Below, in pieces: positions 25,301-37,300 of a stretch of 64,000 bases of DNA. Every line of letters begins with the position of its first letter. Within the stretch, counting starts at the first letter, position 1. The position numbers and the translations under genes are program-made. The DNA is taken from assembly GCA_030390025.1 (NCBI GenBank), contig CM059427.1, forward strand, positions 43,896,001-43,960,000. Direction: 5' to 3'. This stretch comes from Squalus acanthias. Taxonomy: Eukaryota. The notes beneath the pieces are model-generated. The model was given only the letters and a program-made list of their open reading frames with translations. It was not told where the DNA came from and ran no database searches.

Positions 25301-28300
25301 TACTGTAGCCAAATTTGCTGATGATACAAAGATAGGTTGGAAAGCAAGTTGTGAGGAGGACACAAGTCTGCAAAGGGATATAGATAGGTTAAGTGAGTGG
25401 GGAAAAATTTGGCAGATGGAGTATAACGTGGGAAAATGTGAGGTTGTCCATCTCGGTAGGAAGAATAGAAAAGCAAAATATTATTTAAATGAAGAGAGAC
25501 TACAGAATGCTGTGGTAAAGGAGGATCTGGGTGTCCTTGTAAATGAAACACAAAAAGTTAGCACGCAGGTACAGCAAGTAATTAGAAAGGCAAATGAAAT
25601 GTCGGCCCTTATTGCAAGCGGGATGGAGTATAAAAGTAGGGAAGTCTTGCTACAACTGTACAGGGGGTTGGTGAGACCACACCTGGAGTACTGCGTACAG
25701 TTTTGGTCACCTTATTTAAGTATGGATATACTTGCATTGGAGGCTTTTCAGCGAAGGTTCACTAGGTTGATTCCTGAGATGAAATGATTGTCTTATGAGG
25801 AAAGGTTGAGCAGGTTGGCCTATACTCATTGGAGTTTAGAAGAATAAGAGGTGATCTTATTGAAACATAAAAGATTCTGAGGGGGCTTGACAGGGTAGAT
25901 GCTGAGAGGATCTTTCCCCTCGTGGGGGCATCTAGAACTAGAGGGCATAGTTTCAGAATAAGGGGTCGCCCATTTAAGACGGAGATGAGGAAGAATTTCT
26001 TCTCTCAGAGGGTCGTGAATCTTTGGAATTTTCTACCCCAGAGAGCAGTGGAGGCTGAGTTAGTGAATATACTCAAGGTGGAGATAGACAGATATTTGAG
26101 CTACAGGGGAGTAAAGGGTTATGGGGAACAGGCAGGAAAGTGGAGTTGAGGCCAAGATCAGATCATCCATGATCTTATTGAATGGTGGAGCAGGCTCGAG
26201 GGGCTGAATGGCCTACTCCTGCTCTTATTTCGTATGTTCTAATCAAATAGAAAAGTGAAAATATAGGCACTTAAGCTCTTGGCCAATGATGAAGAAAACA
26301 AACCCTTGCAGAAGACCAGTAGAACCCTCGGAAAACAGCACAAACAGCTTAAAAATATTTTCCTGGGGGTTCTGCTGAACTCCTGCCAAAGTAGCAGTAG
26401 AACACTCACAGAGTACCAGGGCTAACAGATTTTACTATAAAAATATAATTCAATGTTTAATGATGGTTGATGACAAATTTGGCATTATGATACAAGAATT
26501 CAAGTATAGATTATTCAATATTCCAATATGGAGCTTTGAGTATTAGACCAGAGGGAGGAGGAGCAAAACATACTTCAACAGTTTGATCCAACAATTATTA
26601 ATAATATATAATGAAATAATTGATATTGTGATCTTAACATGCTGAATCGCTGTTCAAATAAAGTATAGGTAAAAATGAACTGGGCTTTAAAGTTCAACTA
26701 CATGGAAGGAAGCATGAAAACATACTCAGGATTCCAGAAATAAAAAGATTTAGTGGAATATTTATTTAACCTTTCTTTAGAAAATGACAGAAGAAGGATG
26801 CAATCGAATTTTTTTTATCTTTAATTAGACTGTGTCTGGATCTAACAAACGCTGGAGGATGGAGGGGGACCAGCACCATTATAACGAATGTGTTTTTCAT
26901 CTTCAGTTTGTGTGTCCACTGGAACAAACCAAATCTAATCAGCATGTGAAACAAATAGCCACCTACCTGAGGGTCTCTGCTGTGCAGCATGAAGTGGCAT
27001 TTTCGGCTGACCGTTGAAAGTTCTTTTGAATTCACAAGTCATTGCCTAAACAACAAAATATTGTTAATGCTCAGAGCAATGGAGCCAATTTTTTAACATA
27101 TAATTTTTAGAAACTGAACTGCCTTTCATTGGCAGCATGTTTCTGTATTTTTACAGGAATAAAATTATAAATGTTGGAGTAATGAGTGATAAAACAAATA
27201 TTCTAAATAAAATAGTAAAATCTGATTTAACCATAACAATGTAAGGTCATGAAAAACAAAAGCAAAATACTGTGGACAATGGAAATCTGAAATAAAAACA
27301 GAAAATGGAAAACACTCAGCAACTGTGGAGACACAAACAGAGTTAATGTTTCAGGCCGATGACCTTAATGATAACTTTGATTTTACTATAAACCAAAATC
27401 TTACAAAAATTACTGAAATACTGCTACATGATCTAGAACCAGCATTTTTTTAAAGTAAGGAAAGAAACTGCAGAAAGAAATTGGATTCATAAAGTACTTT
27501 ATCAGATCTTCAGAAAGTCCCGCGGCATTTTTCCATCCAATTAATTAATTTTAGAAGTGAAGTCATTATTGTTACGTGAGTAAACAAGCAGGAGAGAAGA
27601 CTCGATGAATCAAGAACTGATTACATTTGGGTTTTAAAATCTGTAGTTTTTGGAGCAAGGGATAACCAAGGGAAGTAAGGAACGCCACAGTTTTGAGGTC
27701 TGGAGACAGAATGAGTTATAGTAGGAGACTGTGATGAGACTTGACATTACAGGGAAGAGGAAAACATGCAGGATAGTATATTTTGAGTTTAGCAGAAATA
27801 AGGGGGAGATTCAAAGAAGCACTAACCACAGTAGTATTCCTAAATTTAATATAGCAGTGGCTCAGCTGTAGCTCAGTTGGTAGCACCCTTGCCTCTGAGT
27901 CAGAAGGTTGTGGGTTCATAGTCCCACTCTAGAGACTTGAGCACAAAAATCTAGGCTGACACTCCAGTGCAGTACTGAGGGAGTGCTGCAATGTTGGAGG
28001 TGTCGTTTTTTTGATGACACGTTAAACCGAGGCCCCGTCTGCTCTCTCGGGTGGACGTAAAAGATCCCATGGCACTATTTCGAAGAAGAGCAGGGGAGTT
28101 ATCCCCGGTGTCCTGGCCAATATTTATCCCTCAATCAACATCATTAAAAAAAAAATGATTATCTGGTCATTGTCACATTGCTGTTTGTGGAGGCTTGCTG
28201 TGCGCAAATTGGCTGCCACGTTTCCTATATTATAACAGTGACTACACTTCAAAAGTACTTCATTGCCTGTAAAGTGCTTTGGGACGTCCGGTGGTAGTGA

Positions 28301-31300
28301 AAGGCGCGATTGCATTATTGTAATTTGTAATATAGGCAATAACTGACTATAGATGATGGATATCATAACTAGCTATCGTATTTCATGAAAGAGCATGAGA
28401 GACATAGGATGAGACAAAAGGTTTATAGAAAATATAGATCAGTTATGCAATTCATCTTGCAAATAGCAAGTTAAATTTACTACTGAAAAATGTGAAGTAT
28501 CCCACATTGGTCAGAAATGTGCATCATAAGCATACAATGAATAGAACTGAATTTGCAGATGGAGTTTCAGAATGGAACTGGATTGATGGTACATTCATGA
28601 CATTCAATGCCTAGATCACACTCGGGTGTTTTGTATTCAATTTTGGTCACAGCACTTGAAGGTTAGTAGAGACAAAACCATCAGTGGCATTCAAAGGCAC
28701 CTGGATGCTATAATGTGAGAGTTAGGCATAATAGATGAATAAGCTCAATGTGTCAAATGACCTTTTTACATTATTGCATTTTCTGATGTTCTTATAGGAT
28801 GGAAAGAGAAATTGAAAGCTAGAAGTAACACAGGGACTGCCTATCAGACAAGGTTTTATTTTGCATCCTGTCCAGGAGAGCAACTGAAGTTTTGTAAGTG
28901 TCTCCCCAGATATGGAACAGTACTCAAGGCCTAGATCAAACTGATATTTGTATGAAAATTACAAAGCAAAATCAACAAAAAAGTAGTTTAATCAAATCAA
29001 GCTGGTTAAGCTAAAATTATTCAATAAAAAATATATAATTAATGTCTAAATATTTCCACTTCAAAATATATTTTTGTTACCCTAAAGAACATACAAATTA
29101 GTCATCAATTTTGAGGATCAACATTTTGCGTTACTAGAAATAATCTACTAATGGAGCAGACCTGAAAATAAAGCTGATCAATAACAGATCCATACCTGAA
29201 CAGTAGGACCATCTTCAGGATGCACCACGAAGTGAACATTCTTAAGAAACTTAGGATACCTCTTACTGCTGAACTTTAGAACTTCCTCAAACATCATTCT
29301 TGCAACAAGATCCTTCGGAAAACACAAGTTGCCAGTTCCAATTGCTGGGAATGCGATGGAAACCAGCTGGAGTGCTTCCGTGTTCTTCAGACAATCCTTG
29401 ATTATCCTTCGTAACAGCTGGAAAGTAATTTCACACCAGGTGTTTCTATCCAATAATATAATTGTTCAAAAACAGGAATTGCTGCATTGACACTGACATT
29501 AGAATGTATATTACCTTTTCCGCAGCTCCATTTCCTTGATCCCACTGAGGAGCAACGACATGAAACACTGCAGCACAGTCAAGATTACATCCATTTGTTT
29601 CATAAATCCTTCCTGTAGCAGGTTTTTTACTTTGCTTTTTGTCCCACAGTAACTGTTGGAGCTGTGGGCCAGCTTTCTGTAATATTGCTCGGGAAACTGC
29701 GCCGTTGTTCAGATCTAGATCTATTCCAACGACATTTACAATGACAGCAGCCTGGAAATAGAAAAACAATTATAATAAAGGTAAAATACATTTTTTGGAA
29801 TTACTGACAATCTCAAATAAATGAGTTACAGTGAAGACTTACTGTTACATCTTGAATATTTCCTTTGACAACACTGACATTTAGACCTTCTTTTGTTTGA
29901 GCTTCATGCAGACAATTTATGCTTCTTCTATTTGCCATGCTGTGAAAGTCAAGCCTTTCTGGCTGCGCAGGCGAACTACTTAAAAATTCACCTAATATTT
30001 TCTGAACAGCATCTGAAACAGCTCGAACAGTTTTTTCATCACAGTTTACCAAGTGGATCTCTTTCAGTGTACTGCCTTGATGTGAATCCACACAGTGTTC
30101 TCTGATTGATCTGACAATTATTTCTGCACACAAATGCAATGGAAATCCAAATATTCCTGAACTAATAGCAGGGATTGCTATAGACGTAAAATTATGGGAT
30201 TCTGCGAGATACAGACTCTGCTTCACGGCCCTTCTTAAGCATTTCTTAGCTGTGTCTGCATCAGTATTCATCCATCTTGGTCCAACTGCATGAATCACTT
30301 TGGAACATGGTAGGTTACCAGCATCAGTAATAACTGCATCACCAGGCATAAGAGATCCTTGATTGTCAACAATCCTATTACATTCAATTTGCAACACTGG
30401 ACCAGCTGCTTCTAATAGTGCTCCTGCAAGGCCACTGATGTGCTTTAGATCTTCATTTGCTGCACTGACAACCACATCAACACGATGCTTGCACAGATCT
30501 CCTCTAGAAACAGCAACTAAAGGCCCACCAGGCAATTGTACTTTACAGTGTGCCTGGTGCAATTCACTATTATCTCCAAACACACAATGCTCAATAGGTC
30601 TTAGAACACAATTAAATTTATGCATTGCAGTAGCAATATATATATCTTGATTTTCTTTGAAAGCCTTCTTTGTTCCTGGTTGAGTAATTTTCAAGACTGA
30701 ACTAATTACTGTGGAAGCTGCATCTGATAGTAAATTCTCCACTTGACAGACATTCTCTTGGGGACCTGATACTAAAACACTTGCATCATTTGCCATGTTA
30801 TTAACATTTATTTTCACACCAATTGGTGGTGTTTGGAAAATGTCAATGTTCTTAACAGCCATCAAAAACTGCAGACACCAGCAGATTTAAATGGAATGTT
30901 TTTTTGAATGGTTGTGTTTTTCTTGACAAAATCCTGAAGCATTTCAAACACTTCAATGACAGCACCAGAATAGCCAGAGATAATAATCTGCCCATGTCCA
31001 TCAAGTGGTATTTCTTCAATTTCAACCTGTTTACTGGAAGAATTCAGCCTTGCGTCCGATTTGTCTTTTAGTCGTGTCCATTCACTCTTTCTGATGACAC
31101 TTAGATCTTCTATCTCAATACACTTGAAATCGAGATGTTTTTTGATTTGTTTTTCTGCTGCACATAAAGAACTATCTGTATTTCCCATCAGCAGAACACA
31201 GTTATCCTTAATGTCATACACAGCATTGATTCCATTTGATGTGAACAAGCAGCAAGAAACTTCATTGTGGTCTACTCTTTGTAGAAAACTAGTAAGATGA

Positions 31301-34300
31301 GGGTTCAGATCAGCTCGCTTTTGTTTCATTTGAACAACTTCTTCCAATATATTACTTTTGGCAACATCAACATCTGATGGCAAACCATGTAATGTTATAC
31401 ATCCTGCAGTTGAGTTGTATTTCATGCTGAGGTTTGGAAACAGTTTGGACAAATGCTTCTCAAGACCACCACTCAATAATAGATTATATACAGCAGGATT
31501 AATAGACACTGTCTGAGTCACACTTTGCTTCTCCCGTTCCAATTTTGCCATGGCACCATCCATAAATGATTTGAATACTCGTTGTACAGTATCTACACTG
31601 TCAGATTCTCCGGACAATATCACCTTTCCCTTTGAAAAGTTTGGTATAACAGCAACATTTTGGTTCAAATACTGATCAAGATCTCCCTGAATTATTTCCC
31701 AGATTTGTTGATTCACATCATTTTCAATAGCTTTGTACTTTGACACGATATGAGTTAAATTTCCTGAAGCTTCCCTTTTCCAATTCTTTGCAAGTTTTTC
31801 GAATGAACCCTCATGTCTTGAAAAAGTTGGAGATATTTTGATCGTGTTTGATTGGTCTGATTCTGGTAATGCAATGTCACAGTTGTGTACTGCCATTTTG
31901 TCATTGATTTCCGCAATTCGCCTTTTATCATTTTTAAGAAACTGCAAGATGTAGGGATCAATATCGACAGTGAAGGGATCTGGCATTTTCACAACTGGTC
32001 TTTTGTTCCCATATAAAGCTGAACCCAATGACTTGTAGTAGGGATAGACATGGATTGGTGTTTTATCAATGGTGTGTGTTTTAGCCAGAATGGTATCCAG
32101 AACTGTAAATAAAACAAAAAGAAAATTTTATGTTCCAGAAACAATAGGTTAAATGGCCTACATTTTAAATCAAAGACAATTGTTTAATACATCAGTGCTT
32201 TCTAATATGCAAATCTTACCTTTAGAATTTTCAAAAGAAACAACAGCTGCGCTGTCCTCAGGTGTTATTTCAATGGCTGTCACAATTCCACCTCCATTTT
32301 TAGCCGTTTCAAAGTACAGTGTTAAGAAATCTTCACTGGTATTAGGAGGCAGGTTCTCCACTCTTACACTCTTCGTTATGTCTAGTTGCTTCACTACAAT
32401 TTTTTGGCCACTCAAGGTCTTTGTGGAACACTTTTGAATGAATTCAGCGAGGTCTAATAGTTAAACACAAGAAATGGGAAAACATATTATTGTTTTAAAA
32501 AATAAAAATTTTGGAGTCACAGTGACAATTTAGTAGTCTATCTCCAGGCTTTGAATCAACAAAGGGGAAGAGAAATTAGTACAGAAAGACAGTAAGGATG
32601 GTGTAACAGTACAAGATAAAAATGTCCATACTGAGGGCTTGACTTTGAAACACATGAACACCAAAGTTGATATCTGGAACCCCGTCCCACAATTTTTCCA
32701 CAGTTCTGATGAAAGGTCATCCACCTGAAACATTGAGCTCGATTTTGCCAGGCCCGAGGAGGCAGGATTGGAGGCGTGTGAGGTGTTAAAATTGCAGAAA
32801 ATGGCGGGCGGCTCCGATCCCGCCTCCAGCCCACCTCCGAGCAATTTTCCCAGAATCGGGGTTTCAGACCCTGTTTCCATCCCGCCTCCAAGAGGCGGGA
32901 TAGGCCCTTAAGGCCCTTAACAACCAGTTAATTGCCTCTATAATCCCATTTTGAGAGGCCTTTCTGATTTTAACACATTTCCCCCGTCCTGCATGTCTCC
33001 TCTGGAACACGCCAGTTAATCCTGGCGGCCTCACAAGTGGATTGCTTACTAACAGCTGCAGATGGGATACGGAGTGGAGCTATAGTAGGGGATGATGCAC
33101 AGCCAAATAGAGGAAAAAACAAGTCAGCCTGGAAGGCAGAGCAAATATGTAACGGCACAAGGGAGTATGGCAAGGCTGGATGGCATTTATTTTAATGCAA
33201 GGAGTCTTGCGAGTAAGGCAGATGAATTGAAGCTGTTGATGAACACATGGGAGTATGATATTGTTGCTATCACAGAGACATGGTTGAGGGAGGGGCAGGA
33301 TTGGCAGCTCAATATTCCGGGGTATAGAATCTTCAGGCGAGACAGAGGGGGGTGTAAAAGAGGAGGGGGTGTCGCAATATTAATCAAGGAGTCAATTACT
33401 GCTGGAAGGAGGGATGATATCTTAGCAGGTTCCTCTAATGAGGCCATATGGGTAGAACTTAAAAACAAAAAGGGGGCAAGCACTTTGCTGGGAGTGTACT
33501 ATAGGCCCCCAAACAGTCAGGGCGAGATAGAAGAACAGATATGTAGGCAAATCTCAGAGAAGTGTAGAAATAATAGGGTAATAAGAGTAGGGGATTTCAA
33601 CTTCTCCAATATTAACTGGGATAGTCAGAGTGTGAAAGGCTTAGAGGGTGCGGAATTCTTAAAATGCATCCAGGAGATCTTTTTGAGCCAGCATGTAGAA
33701 AGTCCTACAAGAGAGGGGGCGGTACTGGACCTAATTCTAGGGAATGTAGCCGGGCAAGTGGTAGATGTATCAGTAGGAGAGCATTTTGGTGACAGTGACC
33801 ATAATTCGGTGAGATTTAAGGTAGTCATGGAAAAGGACAAAAATGGACCGGAATTAAAGGTTCTAAATTGGGGGAAGGCAGGATCTGGCCAAAGTGGACT
33901 GGGATCAGCTACTTGTAGGAAAATCCACATCAGAGCAATGGGAGTCTTTCAGAAAGGAAATAGAGAGAGTACAATGCCAACATGTTTCCGTAAAGGTCAA
34001 GGGTGGGACCAACAAGCCCAGGGAACCCTGGATGTCAAGAGATATACAAGAATGGATTTGGAAAAAAAGGGAGGCTTTTGGCAGATACAAAGGACTAAAA
34101 ACAGTGGAAGCCCTAGAGGAGTATAGAAAGTGCAGGGGGATACTTAAAAAACAAATTAGGAGAACGAAGAGGGTGCATGAAAAAACACTGGCGGGCAAAA
34201 TAAAGGAAAATCCCAAGGTGTTTTATAAGTATATTAAGGGCAAGAGGATAACCAGGGAAAGAGTAGGGCCCATTAGGGACCAAAGTGGCAATCTGTGTAG

Positions 34301-37300
34301 AGCCGGAAGATGTAGGTGAGGTTTTAAATGAATATTTTCATCTGTGTTCACTATGGAGAAGGATGATGTAGGCATAGAAATCAGGCAGGGGGATTGTGAT
34401 ATACTTGAACAAATTAGTATTGAGAGGGAGGAGGTACTAGCGGTTTTAGCGGGCTTAAAATTGGATAAATCCCCAGGCCCTGACGGGATGTATCCCAGGC
34501 TGCTGTGTGAGGCAAGGGAGGAGATTGCAGGGGCTCTGACACAAATTTTCAGAACCTTTCTGGCCACAGGGGAGGTGCCAGAGGACTGGAGAACAGCTAA
34601 CGTAGTACCACTGTTCAAGAAGGGTAGTAGGGATAAACCAGGGAATTACAGACCAGTGAGCCAAACATCAGTGGTAGGGAAATTATTGGAAAAAATTCTG
34701 AGGGACAGAATTAGTCTCCACTTGGAGAGGCAGGGATTAATCGGGGATAGTCAGCATGGCTTTGTCAGGGGGAGATCATGTCTGACCAATTTGATTGAAT
34801 TTTTCGAGGGGGTGACTAGGTGTGTGGTTGAGGGTAGTGCAGTTAATGTAGTCTACATGGACTTCAGTAAGGCTTTTGACAAAGTCCCACATGGGAGACT
34901 GGTCAAGAAGGTAAGAGCCCATGGGATCCAGGGCAATTTGGCACATTGGATCCAAAATTGGCTTAGTGGCAGGAGGCAGAGGGTGATGGTCGAAGGTTGT
35001 TTTTGTGACTGGAAGCCTGTGTCCAGTGGTGTACCGCAGGGATCGGTGCTGGGTCCTTTGCTGTTTGTAGTGTACATTAATGATTTAGATATGAATGTAG
35101 GAGGTATGATCAGTAAGTTCGCAGATGACACGAAAATTGGTGGAGTGGTGAATAGCAAGTAGGGAAGCCTCAGGCTACAGGACGATATAGATGGGATGGT
35201 TAGATGGGCAGAACAGTGGCAAATGGAATTTAACCCTGAAAAGTGTGAGGTGATGCATTTTGAGAGGACAAACAAGGCAAGGGAATACACAATGAATGGT
35301 AGGATCCTAGGAAGGACAGAGGATCAAAGGGACCTTGGTGTGCATGTACATAGATCCCTGAAGGCAGCAGGACAGGTAGATAAGGTGGTTAAAAAGGCAT
35401 ATGGGATACTTGCCTTCATTAGCCGAGGCATAGAATATAAGAGCAGGGAGGTTATGATGGAGTTGTACAAAACGCTAGTTAGGGCACAGCTGGAATACTG
35501 TGTGCAGTTCTGGTCGCCACACTATAGGAAGGATGTGATTGCATTGGAGAGGGTGCAGAGGAGATTCACCAGGATGTTACCTGGGCTGGAGCGTTTCAGC
35601 TATGAAGAGAGACTGGACAGGCTGGGGTTGTTTTCCTTGGAGCAGAGAAGGCTGAGGGGGGACCTGATTGAGGTGTACAAAATTATGAGGGGCATAGATA
35701 GGGTAGATAGAAAGGAACTTTTCCCCTTAGTAGAGGGGTCAATAACCAGGGGGCATAGTTTCAAGGTAAGGGGCAGGAGGTGTAGAGGGGATTTGAGGAA
35801 AAACTTTTTCACCCAGAGGGTGGTTGGAATCTGGAACTCACTGCCTGAATGGGTGGTAGAGGCAGTAACCCTCACAACATTCAAGAAGCATTTAGATGAG
35901 CACTTGAAACATCGTAGCATACAAGGCTACGGACCAAGTGCTGGAAAATGGGATTAGAATAGACAGGGCTTGATGGCCGGCGTGGACACGATGGGCCGAA
36001 GGGCCTCTTTCTGTGCTGTATAACTCTATGACTCCAAGATTAAAATGGAGTTTTCACCAATGATCATTTGCAGGTGGCAGAACTTTGTTGTCTCAGGTCT
36101 GGGGGAACTTTTAGCAGGCATACTCATTGTTGTGGAAGTTTGGAGCCTGACACCCATCTCCAGTGTGACCTCCTGGGAAACCCCTCTCCCCACCTTGACT
36201 GAGCGCTTCCTCAACTGAGGCATATACCAGAAGCATGGGAACCATTTATTTCCTTTCCTCCTGGACATCAGATTTGGACAAAGACCAGCCGCGGCAGCAG
36301 CAGAACCCCGAACAACAGCAGCACCAACAGCAGGAGCATCAACAGGAGTGCCAAGCTGCTAGTCACCCACCTGAAGCTGCACAGGCCAGAAGGCGCCAGC
36401 GCGTGACCACATTGCTGCCCGGGATGCAAGGGACGCACTCATCTTGGCCAGATTTGCTTAGCCTGCACAATCAAACACTTTTGCCTCGTACCTTCTTACC
36501 AGAGCATCGACAATGGACAAGAACCTGTGGATTCCTATCACTCTGACCACCATACTGACAATTGCAAGTCGCCCTAAGCCCTCAATGTGGAAGTCCCATT
36601 TGCGAGATGACACAGGCCACAACTTCAACAGTTTGCAATCAAATCTGTTTATCATCACATTACAAGGATGGCTTGTCAAAAAACAATACAACAGAACACC
36701 CAAGTGACTACCCTTGTGACTACTTGTGCTTTATCTTCCTCTTACGCGTGCTCCTACGTGGTGCTTCCCTGTGGCTTCAGCAGATGTGGAGGCCCCTTGC
36801 TCACTTTCTTGCTGCTCCTGTCTCGATACCTTTGGCGGGCGTCCTCTGGGGTTGCGAGCCTGTGAGGGCTCAGCAACAGTCTGCTGCTCCTGCGGCTGTG
36901 CAGGGGCTGAGACGCCCATCTCAGTTGGGTGAGGACTCTGGTGGGGCTCTGACCGAGGGCTTTGCAGTGGCATGGTCGTGTGAGCGCTTGGAGAGGAGCC
37001 CCCACTTCCTTGTTGTCTGCCACCAACATCCCTCTCATGGGTCAGCCCCACTTCAGAGCTAGCAAGTGTCTTGACAGCACCTTGCTGCACTTCAGGGGGG
37101 CCATGAGGACCGGTTTCTGCACTGGAAGTCCTACTCCAGAGGACTTCCATGAAGGTCTGGTTTCTATGCTTAATAGCTGACCATCGCTCCTCAAGAGATG
37201 CAAGTCTATTCTGAACAATGACCATGTTTTCAACACTCTGGCTACTTAGCTCCTCCATGGCCGTAGCCATCCTCTCCTCTACCGTAGCCATCCATTCCAC

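Noticed and set aside
27859-27935. tRNA-like sequence
   Set aside because: It is the Pol III head of a Deu-domain SINE with no complete cloverleaf.
29813-32028. Two separate overlapping genes (388 aa and 350 aa)
   Set aside because: They are consecutive parts of one PARP14 exon separated by a 1-nt frameshift, and both listed starts are non-ATG codons.
184-35920. Many 60-180 aa ORFs antisense to LINE ORF2 sequences
   Set aside because: Shadow ORFs that recur in each CR1 or RTE copy with no independent coding evidence.
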